A DNA stretch of 64,000 nt. It comes from a virus. A program made the translations under genes and the position numbers. The DNA is taken from the IMG/VR virus record IMGVR_UViG_3300044972_002389, positions 102,892 to 166,891 of that record. One strand, 5' to 3'. Below, piece by piece: positions 27,575-35,511 of the stretch. A model generated the notes under the pieces. The model was not told where the DNA came from and searched no databases. It was given only the letters and a program-made list of their open reading frames with translations. Every line of letters starts with the position of its first letter. Within the stretch, counting starts at the first letter, position 1.

Positions 27575-28786
27575 ATGAGCAAGTTCAGTTGCCCTGTGGT
27601 GCGTGTGGCCGCAGTCGAAGAACATCCGAATGCGGATCGCCTTTCTCTTGTGCGCCTTGAAGGCCTCGGTTATCTCTGCATCGCAAACAAACTAGAGGAT
27701 GGTAGCCCGCGCTACAAGCCCGGTGACTGGGTCGTATACATTCCCTCAGCCTCGGTGCTGCCTGAATGGCTGCTCAAGGACATGGGATTTTGGAACGAAG
27801 ACGCTGGTAAGGGTGTGCTGGCAGGCAGTGATGGCAACCGTGTGAAGCCACTCAAGCTGCGTGGTATTTTCAGCGAAGGTGTGCTGTATGGGCTCATTGC
27901 ATATGGTGATGACGATTGCCTTTCTGCTGATTTTGGGTCGGCGACGGATGTACATGTAGTAGGCAAAGACAGTCTTGAATATCCAGTCAAGCTAGGCGAG
28001 GATGCTGCTGCAATCTTGGGCATCACCAGGTGGGAGCCGCCCATTCCCGCTGCGATGTCTGGTGAAGTTGCCAGTGTTGCTGAGGCTGCTCTTACCTACG
28101 ATTTTCAGCGTTGGGAGAGCGTGCCTGACATCTTCGAACCTGGTGAGGTGGTGGTGGCCCAAGAAAAAATTCATGGATCTTGTACCATCATCCAGTACTT
28201 CCCAGGCATGGACCATCCCGAGATGTTCCCCGACCATGCAGGCTACCGCAGCATCACTGTCAGCAGCAAGGGACTAGGCGGTCAGGGTTTGGTGTTCAAG
28301 AACAACGAAGCCAACGCCAACAACCTCTATGTGCGGGCACTTGGCACACTGCTAGCCGACCATGACCTCGCCGGGCTCCTCCACAGGATGAGCAAGGTGG
28401 ACGGCGGTGCTCATCCGGTGGCTATCCTGGGAGAAGTTTTCGGCAAGGGCGTGCAGGACCTCGACTACGGCACCACTAAGCCCACGTTCCGGGTGTTCGA
28501 CATGCGGATCGGGCGGGAGTGGCTAAGTCCCGATGCCGTGGCCTACTGGGCAAAGGACCTGCCCTGTGTACCTACCCTCTACACTGGCCCCTTTGACCAA
28601 ACTGCCATTGAGGCTGTGAGAGACGGTGTCACAACGGTGGGTGGCACCAATGTGCGGGAAGGTGTGGTGGTGCGCAGCCTGGTTCCCACCGAGCATCCCC
28701 TGCACGGTAGGAAAATCTGCAAATTCATCTCTCCGGCGTATCTGCTCCGCCGAGTGAAGAACGGCGAGGCAACGGAGTTCAACTGA
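27575..28786 (+). CDS. ATP-dependent RNA ligase, Rnl2-like nucleotidyltransferase domain fused to N-terminal tRNA-binding OB domain
   Basis: N-terminal VAAVEEHPNADRLSLVRLEGLGYLCIANK resembles the tRNA_bind (Trbp111/EMAP-type) OB fold. VAQEKIHGSCTII matches T4 Rnl2 motif I (VAREKIHGTNFSLII). EVFGKGVQDLDYG, REGVVVR and RKICKFISP parallel motifs III to V. Confidence 0.7.
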   Translation: MSKFSCPVVRVAAVEEHPNADRLSLVRLEGLGYLCIANKLEDGSPRYKPGDWVVYIPSASVLPEWLLKDMGFWNEDAGKGVLAGSDGNRVKPLKLRGIFSEGVLYGLIAYGDDDCLSADFGSATDVHVVGKDSLEYPVKLGEDAAAILGITRWEPPIPAAMSGEVASVAEAALTYDFQRWESVPDIFEPGEVVVAQEKIHGSCTIIQYFPGMDHPEMFPDHAGYRSITVSSKGLGGQGLVFKNNEANANNLYVRALGTLLADHDLAGLLHRMSKVDGGAHPVAILGEVFGKGVQDLDYGTTKPTFRVFDMRIGREWLSPDAVAYWAKDLPCVPTLYTGPFDQTAIEAVRDGVTTVGGTNVREGVVVRSLVPTEHPLHGRKICKFISPAYLLRRVKNGEATEFN

Positions 28787-28868
28787 TGCGCTACGATCTA
28801 CTGGAGGTCTACTGCTGCCTATGCCCAAGTCCCTAGACATATTGATCCCAGAAACAGAAACTTTCTGG

Positions 28869-28896
28869 TTGACAATGTCCGGAACTGTGCTAATAT
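28869..28896 (+). promoter_or_regulatory. sigma70-type promoter (consensus family)
   Basis: TTGACA-16-TGcTAATAT, plus a second TATAAT at 28901. Confidence 0.5.
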
Positions 28897-28923
28897 GACG
28901 TATAATACATAAAGGACTAACAA

Positions 28924-29196
28924 ATGAGCGATCTCCCCAAGCCTATGTTTGCTAACGTTGGCCGCGCGTATGTGGCTGCTGCCGCGTTGGGTCTAGACAC
29001 TAGCAATCTCAGTCGTGATCGTGCTGATACTGTGCTCCGCGCGCTGGTCAAAATGCCTGGTTGGCTGGAACAAAACCTGGATGTGTATCAGATGTGGATG
29101 GCTGATGTTGACCCCTGGCATTGCTTCATCCGTGACCTGAGCGCGTACACCAAGCAAGTGCGGGCTCACACGAAAGCTACCACGCGGGCCAAGTGA
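28924..29196 (+). CDS. hypothetical protein (90 aa), moron-like cassette
   Basis: Own promoter and RBS. Flanked by direct repeats of the ligase 3' end. Confidence 0.45.
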   Translation: MSDLPKPMFANVGRAYVAAAALGLDTSNLSRDRADTVLRALVKMPGWLEQNLDVYQMWMADVDPWHCFIRDLSAYTKQVRAHTKATTRAK

Positions 29197-29208
29197 GTAT
29201 CGACTGCA

Positions 29209-29290
29209 TAGCAGGAAAATCTGCAAGTTCCTCTCTCCGTCATATCTTCTCCGACGGGTGAAGAACGGTGAAACAACAGAGTTCAACTGA
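29209..29290 (+). pseudogene. orphan 3' fragment of an RNA-ligase homologue (last about 26 codons)
   Basis: About 86% nt identity to 28705-28786. Translation RKICKFLSPSYLLRRVKNGETTEFN-stop versus GRKICKFISPAYLLRRVKNGEATEFN-stop. The differences are mostly synonymous. Confidence 0.5.
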
Positions 29291-29302
29291 GTCGGGGCCA
29301 CG

Positions 29303-29581
29303 ATGACCGAAAACTATATTCTCTTGAAATGGGGCACACTCAAGGGCTATCGGGTAGCTGACAACCCTGTGGCGCAAGGTTTGATTAAACAGTACATGGA
29401 GTTGGGTGCCAGCGCCATGCACCAACAGGACACTCCCGAACAAAAACAAATCATATGCGAACTGCTGCCTGCTCTGGCGTGCCCGCGCCGTGCCTTCCCC
29501 AACCCATACGACCCCACAGGGCTGCTGCACTGGATCGCAACCCAGGAGCCGGTCATTCTCGGACGCGACCCCGCTGGCTAG
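29303..29581 (+). CDS. hypothetical ORF spanning the low-GC/high-GC junction
   Basis: GC content rises sharply inside this ORF from about 29450. It may be a junction artefact. Confidence 0.3.
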   Translation: MTENYILLKWGTLKGYRVADNPVAQGLIKQYMELGASAMHQQDTPEQKQIICELLPALACPRRAFPNPYDPTGLLHWIATQEPVILGRDPAG

Positions 29582-30745
29582 CCGGCTGGCCATTTCAGGA
29601 TGCCGCCATGTCACGCCGCTTTCTCGTTACCGGAGGTGCCGGCTTCGTCGGCAGCCATCTCGTCGCCGCCCTGCTGGACCAAGGCGCGGAGGTGGTGGTG
29701 TTCGACAACCTGCGCACCGGCCATCGCGAAGCCGTGCTCCCCGGCGCCACGCTGGTCACCGGCGCGCTGGAGGACCCCGATGCGATCGCGTCCGTGCTGG
29801 CGCAGGGGCCGTGGCATGCGGTGTTCCACTTCGCCGCGCTGTCGCTGGTGGGCGATTCCATGCGCGACCCGATCGGCTATCTCTCGGCCAATGTCGGCAA
29901 CGGCCTGCGCCTGTTGGAGGCCTGCGTGAAGCACGGCGTGCCCCGCTTCGTGTTCTCCTCCACCGCCGCCCTGTTCGGCACGCCAGACCGCATGCCGATC
30001 GACGAGGAAACCGCGATCGACCCCGGCTCACCCTACGGCGAAAGCAAATGGATGATGGAGCGCGCGCTGGGCTGGGCCGAACGCATCCACGGCATGCGCT
30101 CCGCCTGCCTGCGCTACTTCAACGCCGCCGGCGCCGACCCGCAGGGCCGCCTGGGCGAGGACCACACGCCGGAAACCCATCTGATCCCGTTGGCCATCGA
30201 CGCCATGCTCGGCCGTCGCGCCGAACTCGCCGTGTTTGGCACCGATTACGACACGCCGGACGGCACCTGCATCCGCGACTACATCCATGTCACCGACCTC
30301 GCCGCCGCCCACCTCGCGGCGCTGGAGCGGCTGGACCACGCCAGCGTCACCTACAACCTCGGCACCGCCGCCGGGCATTCGGTGCTGGAGGTGATCCAGA
30401 GCGTGGAGCGCGTCAGCCGCCGCCCGGTGCCGCACCGCTTCGCCCCACGCCGCCCTGGCGACCCCGCCCGCCTTGTTGCCAGCCCGGCGCGGATCATGCG
30501 CGAAACCGGCTGGCAGCCGCGCCTCGCAGCACTGGATGACATCGTCGCCACCGCCCTGGCCTGGCGCGAAGCCCATCCGCGCGGCTACGGCGGATGAGTT
30601 ACCGCATCCCGGCGCATCGGCCTGTGCGTGTTCTCAGAAGTGCATTTTTCACCTACTTATGTCCTCATCCGCCCAGCCGCCGCAGCGAGGACCGCCACGC
30701 CATGAGCCAGCCTGCCGCGACCACGGTCGCCAAGAACCTGGGCGC
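29450..30745 (+). other. high-GC (about 70%) island of foreign origin carrying galE
   Basis: Abrupt compositional shift relative to the roughly 45% GC flanks. It contains intact galE plus about 150 bp of donor 3' flank with a truncated downstream start (MSQPAATTVAKNLGA). Confidence 0.6.
29608..30597 (+). CDS. galE: UDP-glucose 4-epimerase
   Basis: LVTGGAGFVGSH Rossmann motif, YGESK catalytic Y-x-x-x-K, and full-length SDR-extended GalE architecture. High-GC codon usage. ATG at 29608; the ORF-track start at 29455 is upstream. Confidence 0.85.
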   Translation: MSRRFLVTGGAGFVGSHLVAALLDQGAEVVVFDNLRTGHREAVLPGATLVTGALEDPDAIASVLAQGPWHAVFHFAALSLVGDSMRDPIGYLSANVGNGLRLLEACVKHGVPRFVFSSTAALFGTPDRMPIDEETAIDPGSPYGESKWMMERALGWAERIHGMRSACLRYFNAAGADPQGRLGEDHTPETHLIPLAIDAMLGRRAELAVFGTDYDTPDGTCIRDYIHVTDLAAAHLAALERLDHASVTYNLGTAAGHSVLEVIQSVERVSRRPVPHRFAPRRPGDPARLVASPARIMRETGWQPRLAALDDIVATALAWREAHPRGYGG

Positions 30746-30885
30746 ATGACGCTGGAAGTCCTGCATGGAGTTTCCCAACCAAGAAACTTATCTGCAATGT
30801 TTGCTCACATGGAGTTGACGGCATCTGTGAGTCTGTTGCGTGTGATACAATGTACCAACACCCTCTCTATGGACGGAGATAAAAA

Positions 30886-30914
30886 GGTTGACACAGTCTG
30901 TCTGTGCTGTATAT
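30886..30914 (+). promoter_or_regulatory. sigma70-type promoter (consensus family)
   Basis: GGTTGACA-17-TGTATATT, then AAGGAG RBS and ATG 30940. Confidence 0.45.
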
Positions 30915-30939
30915 TGAAGCTACACAAGGAGAACAACAA

Positions 30940-31422
30940 ATGGAAGCCACGCCTGATCTAGCTGTCTACGTGCTGGCCCGAACTGATCTGCCCAGTATGA
31001 ACCCAGGAAAGCTGGCTGCACAAGTACATCATGCTGGAACCCAGATGATGAGCCTATTTGCAGATCATCCACTAGTTCAACAGTATGTTGCCGACGGTGT
31101 CTCACAAGGTGCCTACTACTTCAACACCACAATTGTGCTGGGTGCCACAATGGACCAGCTTCATGGTCTGAGATGCACTTATGGTTGGGAATACCACCTC
31201 ACTGTCAAGGGGTCAGTCGTCGACCCCAGCTACCCATTTTTTGTGGAAAATCAAGAGGTAGCTGATCTTGTTGCAGCTAATGGCAAGGCAGCTGTCATCA
31301 AAACCATGGATGATGGGCGTGTGCTGATGACTCGCCAAGAGACCACTTGCATTTGGTGCCTTGTGGATCGCAACAAGCCCGAAGTTTCAGACATTCTAGG
31401 CCATCTCAAACTCTATCCCTAA
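30940..31422 (+). CDS. PTH2-like (peptidyl-tRNA hydrolase 2 family) protein
   Basis: LAVYVLARTDLPSMNPGKLAAQVHHAG parallels the PTH2 N-terminal motif MVLVVRxDLxMGKGKIAAQxxHA. The remainder is divergent. Confidence 0.45.
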   Translation: MEATPDLAVYVLARTDLPSMNPGKLAAQVHHAGTQMMSLFADHPLVQQYVADGVSQGAYYFNTTIVLGATMDQLHGLRCTYGWEYHLTVKGSVVDPSYPFFVENQEVADLVAANGKAAVIKTMDDGRVLMTRQETTCIWCLVDRNKPEVSDILGHLKLYP

Positions 31423-31570
31423 CAACAAAGGACACTGCCTGTGCTATTGCTGATTGAACTCATCGGTGCTCTGGTGCTCATTGGCGTATGTGCCTATGGT
31501 GCCAGCAAACTGATCGAAAGTTTCTACGATCGCAACCGAACCCCTCCCGACCGCAAGGACCCCAACTGAT

Positions 31571-32491
31571 ATGTGGAATCAACCTCCGCGTGACTCCAAT
31601 CCTCGAATCAACCCTCTACAGGAGACTCCCCGAGTGAACGCTCGATTCATCGCTACCATGGTAGGTGGCGCAATGGCTGCTCTGCTGGCACTCACAGTGA
31701 TCCTCGGCAGCTGGTACACAGTTGATGAGCGTCAGCGCGGTGTGCTGCTCCGCAACGGCAAGCTGGTGAGCGTGGTGCAGCCAGGGCTGGGATTCAAAAT
31801 CCCCTTCATCGACAATGTGGTGCTCATGAGCACCGAGACCGTCCTGCTGCGACTGGACAAGGAAGCGGTCTACAGCCGAGACCAGCAACCTGCAACTATC
31901 ACCTTCTCGGTGAGCTGGCGTGTGAGCGAAGACAATGTGGACGATGTCTACAAGGAGTTTGGCGGGCTCCGAGGAGTTCAAGACCGTGTGATCCTGCCGG
32001 GTGTGCGTGACGAGCTCAAGAACGTAATGGGTCGCTACAACGCAGTCACAGCGATTCAGGATCGCACCCGACTGGGCACAGATGTCAAGGCGGCCATTGT
32101 GGCCAACATCAAAGGGCCGTTTGTGATCGAGAATCTGGCTATTGAAAACATTGATTTCAGTGACGCTTACGAAAAATCCATCGAACAGCGAATGCTCGCG
32201 GAGGTGGCTGTTGAAAGAGATCGACAGGATGCGATCCGAGAGAAGGTGCAGGCTGAAATTGTTGTAACCAAAGCGCAGGCCGAAGCTGATGCAGTCAAGG
32301 CACGAGCTGGAGCTGAAGCTGAAGCTATCCAACTGCGCGGCGAAGCTGAAGCCAAGGCCATCCGGGCCCGAGGCGATGCACTTCGCGCGAACGCAGAGCT
32401 AGTCACACTTACGGCTGCAGAGCGATGGGACGGTAAGCTCCCTACCACTATGGTCCCAGGTGCAGCACTGCCCTTTGTGCATGTGAAGTAA
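31571..32491 (+). CDS. SPFH/band-7 (HflC/prohibitin-like) membrane protein
   Basis: N-terminal TM segment. TVDERQRGVLLRNGKL...PGLGFKIPFID is SPFH-like. C-terminal Ala/Glu-rich coiled coil AEADAVKARAGAEAEAIQLRGEAEAKAIRARGD. Confidence 0.7.
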   Translation: MWNQPPRDSNPRINPLQETPRVNARFIATMVGGAMAALLALTVILGSWYTVDERQRGVLLRNGKLVSVVQPGLGFKIPFIDNVVLMSTETVLLRLDKEAVYSRDQQPATITFSVSWRVSEDNVDDVYKEFGGLRGVQDRVILPGVRDELKNVMGRYNAVTAIQDRTRLGTDVKAAIVANIKGPFVIENLAIENIDFSDAYEKSIEQRMLAEVAVERDRQDAIREKVQAEIVVTKAQAEADAVKARAGAEAEAIQLRGEAEAKAIRARGDALRANAELVTLTAAERWDGKLPTTMVPGAALPFVHVK

Positions 32492-32498
32492 TCAAACA

Positions 32499-32527
32499 GA
32501 AAGGTGGGTGAAAGCTCACCTTTCTCC
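32499..32527 (+). terminator. rho-independent terminator
   Basis: gaaaggtg-(10 nt)-cacctttc followed by a T-rich tract; 8 nt after the SPFH stop. Confidence 0.45.
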
Positions 32528-32555
32528 TTGACAAAAGTGTCAAACCCGCTAAATT
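32528..32555 (+). promoter_or_regulatory. candidate sigma70-type promoter
   Basis: TTGACA-16-cgcTAAATT, preceding ATG 32560. Confidence 0.4.
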
Positions 32556-32559
32556 ACAG

Positions 32560-32745
32560 ATGTTGATAAACCAAGTGAGCTATCCACACATGACCGAAGA
32601 TCAGATTGAGCGTACCGTGGAACGTGCAACAGATCGCCTGGACGAGCGTTATATGCGAGGGGAGATCAGCCGGGCACGCTATGCTGATGAAGCTGACAAG
32701 CTGAGTACATGGGCTGAACGCGAGTATCGCAGGGCGCGTCGGTGA
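32560..32745 (+). CDS. hypothetical protein (61 aa)
   Basis: ORF between a promoter and a terminator. Confidence 0.4.
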   Translation: MLINQVSYPHMTEDQIERTVERATDRLDERYMRGEISRARYADEADKLSTWAEREYRRARR

Positions 32746-33083
32746 AATTGGGACAACACCTACACCAACGCCAAATGCTGTTGGATCAAGAGCTGTTGAG
32801 AACCACGTTGTTGGCAGTGCAACGTGAGCGAGAACGTGTGCATGACCAGCACTATGATCTGGAACGCTTTAAAAGCCAGATCATCAGTTGTGTTTTGGAA
32901 AATCGGCCCATGCTCATGTTTACTCCTGGAAATAACTGGACTGACCCTCAAAATCCTGAACACCCTCCACGTTTTGTGTGCCATCGAGACCACAAGTTAT
33001 GGCAAGAGTTCCTAGTTTGGTTGGAAAGTGAACACATGGAAATCCAATACCATGGATGGAATTTCACTGTGATAGCCAAGTGA
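32742..33083 (+). CDS. hypothetical protein (113 aa)
   Basis: ATGA overlap. Confidence 0.45.
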   Translation: MKLGQHLHQRQMLLDQELLRTTLLAVQRERERVHDQHYDLERFKSQIISCVLENRPMLMFTPGNNWTDPQNPEHPPRFVCHRDHKLWQEFLVWLESEHMEIQYHGWNFTVIAK

Positions 33084-33364
33084 CAGAAGACAGAGTCTTC
33101 CACAATGCGCTGCTTTTGTTTCCCAAAGATCTTTTCTGCTGCTCTGTTACACTTGGCGAGGAATACTACCGCCAACAATACGAAATCTTGGATTGGCTAC
33201 GCCAACAAGGACCTGGTGACACTGGAATTGGTGATCCACCACAAGGTGAGTGCGTTTGGGCATATACACAGCTTTTTGGATACCAGTATATCGCTTTCCC
33301 CACTAGGGAACTGGTGACGCATTTTCAGCTGGTTTGGCAAAACAACACAGGACATAGTGGTTGA
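33056..33364 (+). CDS. possible LTW-family relative
   Basis: C-terminus FPTRELVTHFQLVWQN resembles the family motif. Cys/Trp-rich. Confidence 0.4.
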   Translation: MEFHCDSQVTEDRVFHNALLLFPKDLFCCSVTLGEEYYRQQYEILDWLRQQGPGDTGIGDPPQGECVWAYTQLFGYQYIAFPTRELVTHFQLVWQNNTGHSG

Positions 33365-33389
33365 CACGGATGTGCAGACTCTGTATGTT
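33361..33389 (+). promoter_or_regulatory. candidate sigma70-type promoter
   Basis: TTGACA-17-TGTATGTT, then AAGGAG and ATG 33414. Confidence 0.4.
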
Positions 33390-33413
33390 GTGGGTGTTGC
33401 AAAGGAGACGGAT

Positions 33414-34139
33414 ATGCGAATTGATGTGCCCAGCATCGTAAATGATCCCCAGATGAGAACCTTGCCCTATTGGCTGGAGGTATATCCCAATCAGGATCAA
33501 GCTCGCCGGGCTCGAGCACTGGCTCGCAAGGCGTATGATCGCACACGGCTAGCTGAGGTGCAGCGTTGGCGCTGCTGCTGGTGTCACTGCGAGATGCGTG
33601 GCGAACAAGGCTTCAAGAACAGTGCCACCATTGAGCACATCACTCCTCGCAGTTGTGGTGGCACTGACCACATCACCAACTTGGCTGTGGCGTGTGGCCG
33701 ATGCAACAACCGTCGAGGCAACACGCCCTGGGAAGATTTCCTGCAGGCTATGGAAATGAGTCGGCCCGCGCCTGAGACTGGCAGCTTTCGCTCACTGGCT
33801 TTTGAACGTAAGATGCGCCGAGAGGCTGCTGAGCAGAACAAGCGCATCAAGCAGTTGACTCATTTGGTGCGCAACCACGAGGTGCAAGCCACTGCTACTC
33901 AAACGCGACGCGAACAGTGCAAGTCACTGGAAGCCCAATACTCAGACATGCTGCCAGGATTGCAGCTGGCTGGTTTCCAACGAGCCAAGAGGATGCGTCG
34001 CGAAGTTGACCGTCAACTGGCACTGCAAGCCCTCTCACAAAAGGTCAGCAACCCTTTTGAAGTGGACAGTCGGCCCTGGCGCATCTACGAGCGTATGCGT
34101 AACAAGCAGAGTGTTGACACACTGCAAGCAGCCGCTTAA
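33414..34139 (+). CDS. HNH endonuclease
   Basis: CCWCHCEM...ATIEHITPRSCGGTDHITNLAVACGRCNNRRGN is an HNH motif with a C4 zinc site. ATG at 33414; the ORF-track start at 33357 is a GTG. Confidence 0.7.
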   Translation: MRIDVPSIVNDPQMRTLPYWLEVYPNQDQARRARALARKAYDRTRLAEVQRWRCCWCHCEMRGEQGFKNSATIEHITPRSCGGTDHITNLAVACGRCNNRRGNTPWEDFLQAMEMSRPAPETGSFRSLAFERKMRREAAEQNKRIKQLTHLVRNHEVQATATQTRREQCKSLEAQYSDMLPGLQLAGFQRAKRMRREVDRQLALQALSQKVSNPFEVDSRPWRIYERMRNKQSVDTLQAAA

Positions 34140-34147
34140 ATAAGGTT

Positions 34148-34441
34148 ATGAAAAGGTTCCTTGTTGCATTCATGTTGCTGTCCTCCAGTCCCTGTTGGGC
34201 GCAAGGATACCACTACCGCCCCTATGGCTATACTCCTGCGCCTCACTACCGCCACCATCACCATAACCACGGTGGCGGAAACTGGGTAGCCCCTCTTGTA
34301 GGGGGCATTGTTGGCGGTGCAGTGTTGGGCGCTATCATTGCACCAAACATCTATGCTCCTGCACCAGAGCCCATTTGCACTGATAGGCTAGTGGGATATG
34401 ATGTTTATGGTCGTGCCGTTGTGGAACGTTTTTGTAGGTAA
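34148..34441 (+). CDS. small secreted/membrane-anchored His-rich protein
   Basis: Signal-peptide-like MKRFLVAFMLLSSSPCWA, then an HYRHHHHNHGGG segment and a Gly-zipper hydrophobic helix. Confidence 0.5.
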   Translation: MKRFLVAFMLLSSSPCWAQGYHYRPYGYTPAPHYRHHHHNHGGGNWVAPLVGGIVGGAVLGAIIAPNIYAPAPEPICTDRLVGYDVYGRAVVERFCR

Positions 34442-34485
34442 AGTGTGCCTGCAGCCAGCACATCAATCATCCGAAAACAAACCAG

Positions 34486-34513
34486 TTGACAACCTTGCAA
34501 AACCTGCTATAAC
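34486..34513 (+). promoter_or_regulatory. sigma70-type promoter (consensus family)
   Basis: TTGACA-16-TGcTATAAC. Confidence 0.5.
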
Positions 34514-34540
34514 TCACGCAACGCAACAGAGGATACAGCA

Positions 34541-35443
34541 ATGAGTCACTTCACCGTTATGGTTATTGGGCCTGACCATGAAGCCCAGCTTGCTCCCTAC
34601 CACGAGTTTGAATGCACTGGTGTGGCAGACCAGTATGTGGTGGATGTGGACGTCACTGACAAGTTCCTTGCCGATATGAAAGATGCGGAGGAACATGCAG
34701 AGGAAGACCAATCTGCCCTTGACTATGCGCTGGAATATTACGGTTTTGAAGACCAGGTAGTTGAAGATGAGAGCGAAGTTGATCGAGAGGGTGAGCACAA
34801 GTTTGGATTTGTGGTGGTCCGGGACGGTGAGCTCGTCCGGGCTGTGAAGCGCACCAACCCCAACAAGCAGTGGGACTGGTACGAGGTTGGTGGGCGATGG
34901 ACTGGCACGCTCAAGCTCAAGCCTGGTGCAAAGGGTGTGCAAGGCCGCCCTGGACTGGGAACCCAAGGAGCAAAACAAGGGTATGCTGACCAGGCGAGGA
35001 TGGGAGACATCGACTGGGCAGGCATGCGTGACGAGGCAGGCGAGAAGGCCGGAGTCTATTGGGATCGGGTGCGGGCACTTGCTCCAAATGTTTGGGAAAG
35101 CTGGGACAGTGTGATTTCACGCTTCCCCAGGGACACTGACGGTGCTCGAAATTTCTATCATAACCAAACGGGCAGGCAGGCCCTGCACCAAGCCAAAGAC
35201 TTGTTTTGGTGTGAGGACTCGGTGCTGGTCGGCCGTGAAGAGTATGTGCAAACTGCTCGAGACAGTGCTGGCATGACCTTTGCATTTGTCAAGGACGGTG
35301 CGTGGATGGAGCGCGGCAGCATGGGCTGGTGGGGCATGAGCACAGACGACATGCCCAAGAGTGAGTGGTATGCTCGGATGAATGAGATGATCAACGGACT
35401 GCCCGAGGACACACTGATCACCATTGTTGACTGCCACATCTAG
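34541..35443 (+). CDS. hypothetical protein (300 aa, acidic N-terminus)
   Basis: Long ORF after a consensus promoter. Confidence 0.55.
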   Translation: MSHFTVMVIGPDHEAQLAPYHEFECTGVADQYVVDVDVTDKFLADMKDAEEHAEEDQSALDYALEYYGFEDQVVEDESEVDREGEHKFGFVVVRDGELVRAVKRTNPNKQWDWYEVGGRWTGTLKLKPGAKGVQGRPGLGTQGAKQGYADQARMGDIDWAGMRDEAGEKAGVYWDRVRALAPNVWESWDSVISRFPRDTDGARNFYHNQTGRQALHQAKDLFWCEDSVLVGREEYVQTARDSAGMTFAFVKDGAWMERGSMGWWGMSTDDMPKSEWYARMNEMINGLPEDTLITIVDCHI

Positions 35444-35455
35444 CCAAAAAACGGG

Positions 35456-35483
35456 TTGACAGCCCTGAAAATCGTGCTATACT
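35456..35483 (+). promoter_or_regulatory. sigma70-type promoter (consensus family)
   Basis: GGTTGACA-16-TGcTATACT. Confidence 0.5.
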
Positions 35484-35511
35484 GCCCACAGTAGCTGGAA
35501 AGGCGCTGAAC

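Noticed and set aside
29406-30597. Long alternative-frame and antisense ORFs in the high-GC island (29406..30539 plus strand, 377 aa; 30028..30576 minus strand; and others)
   Set aside because: High-GC DNA gives long spurious ORFs in all frames. Only the frame encoding GalE carries recognisable motifs (GGAGFVGSH, YGESK).
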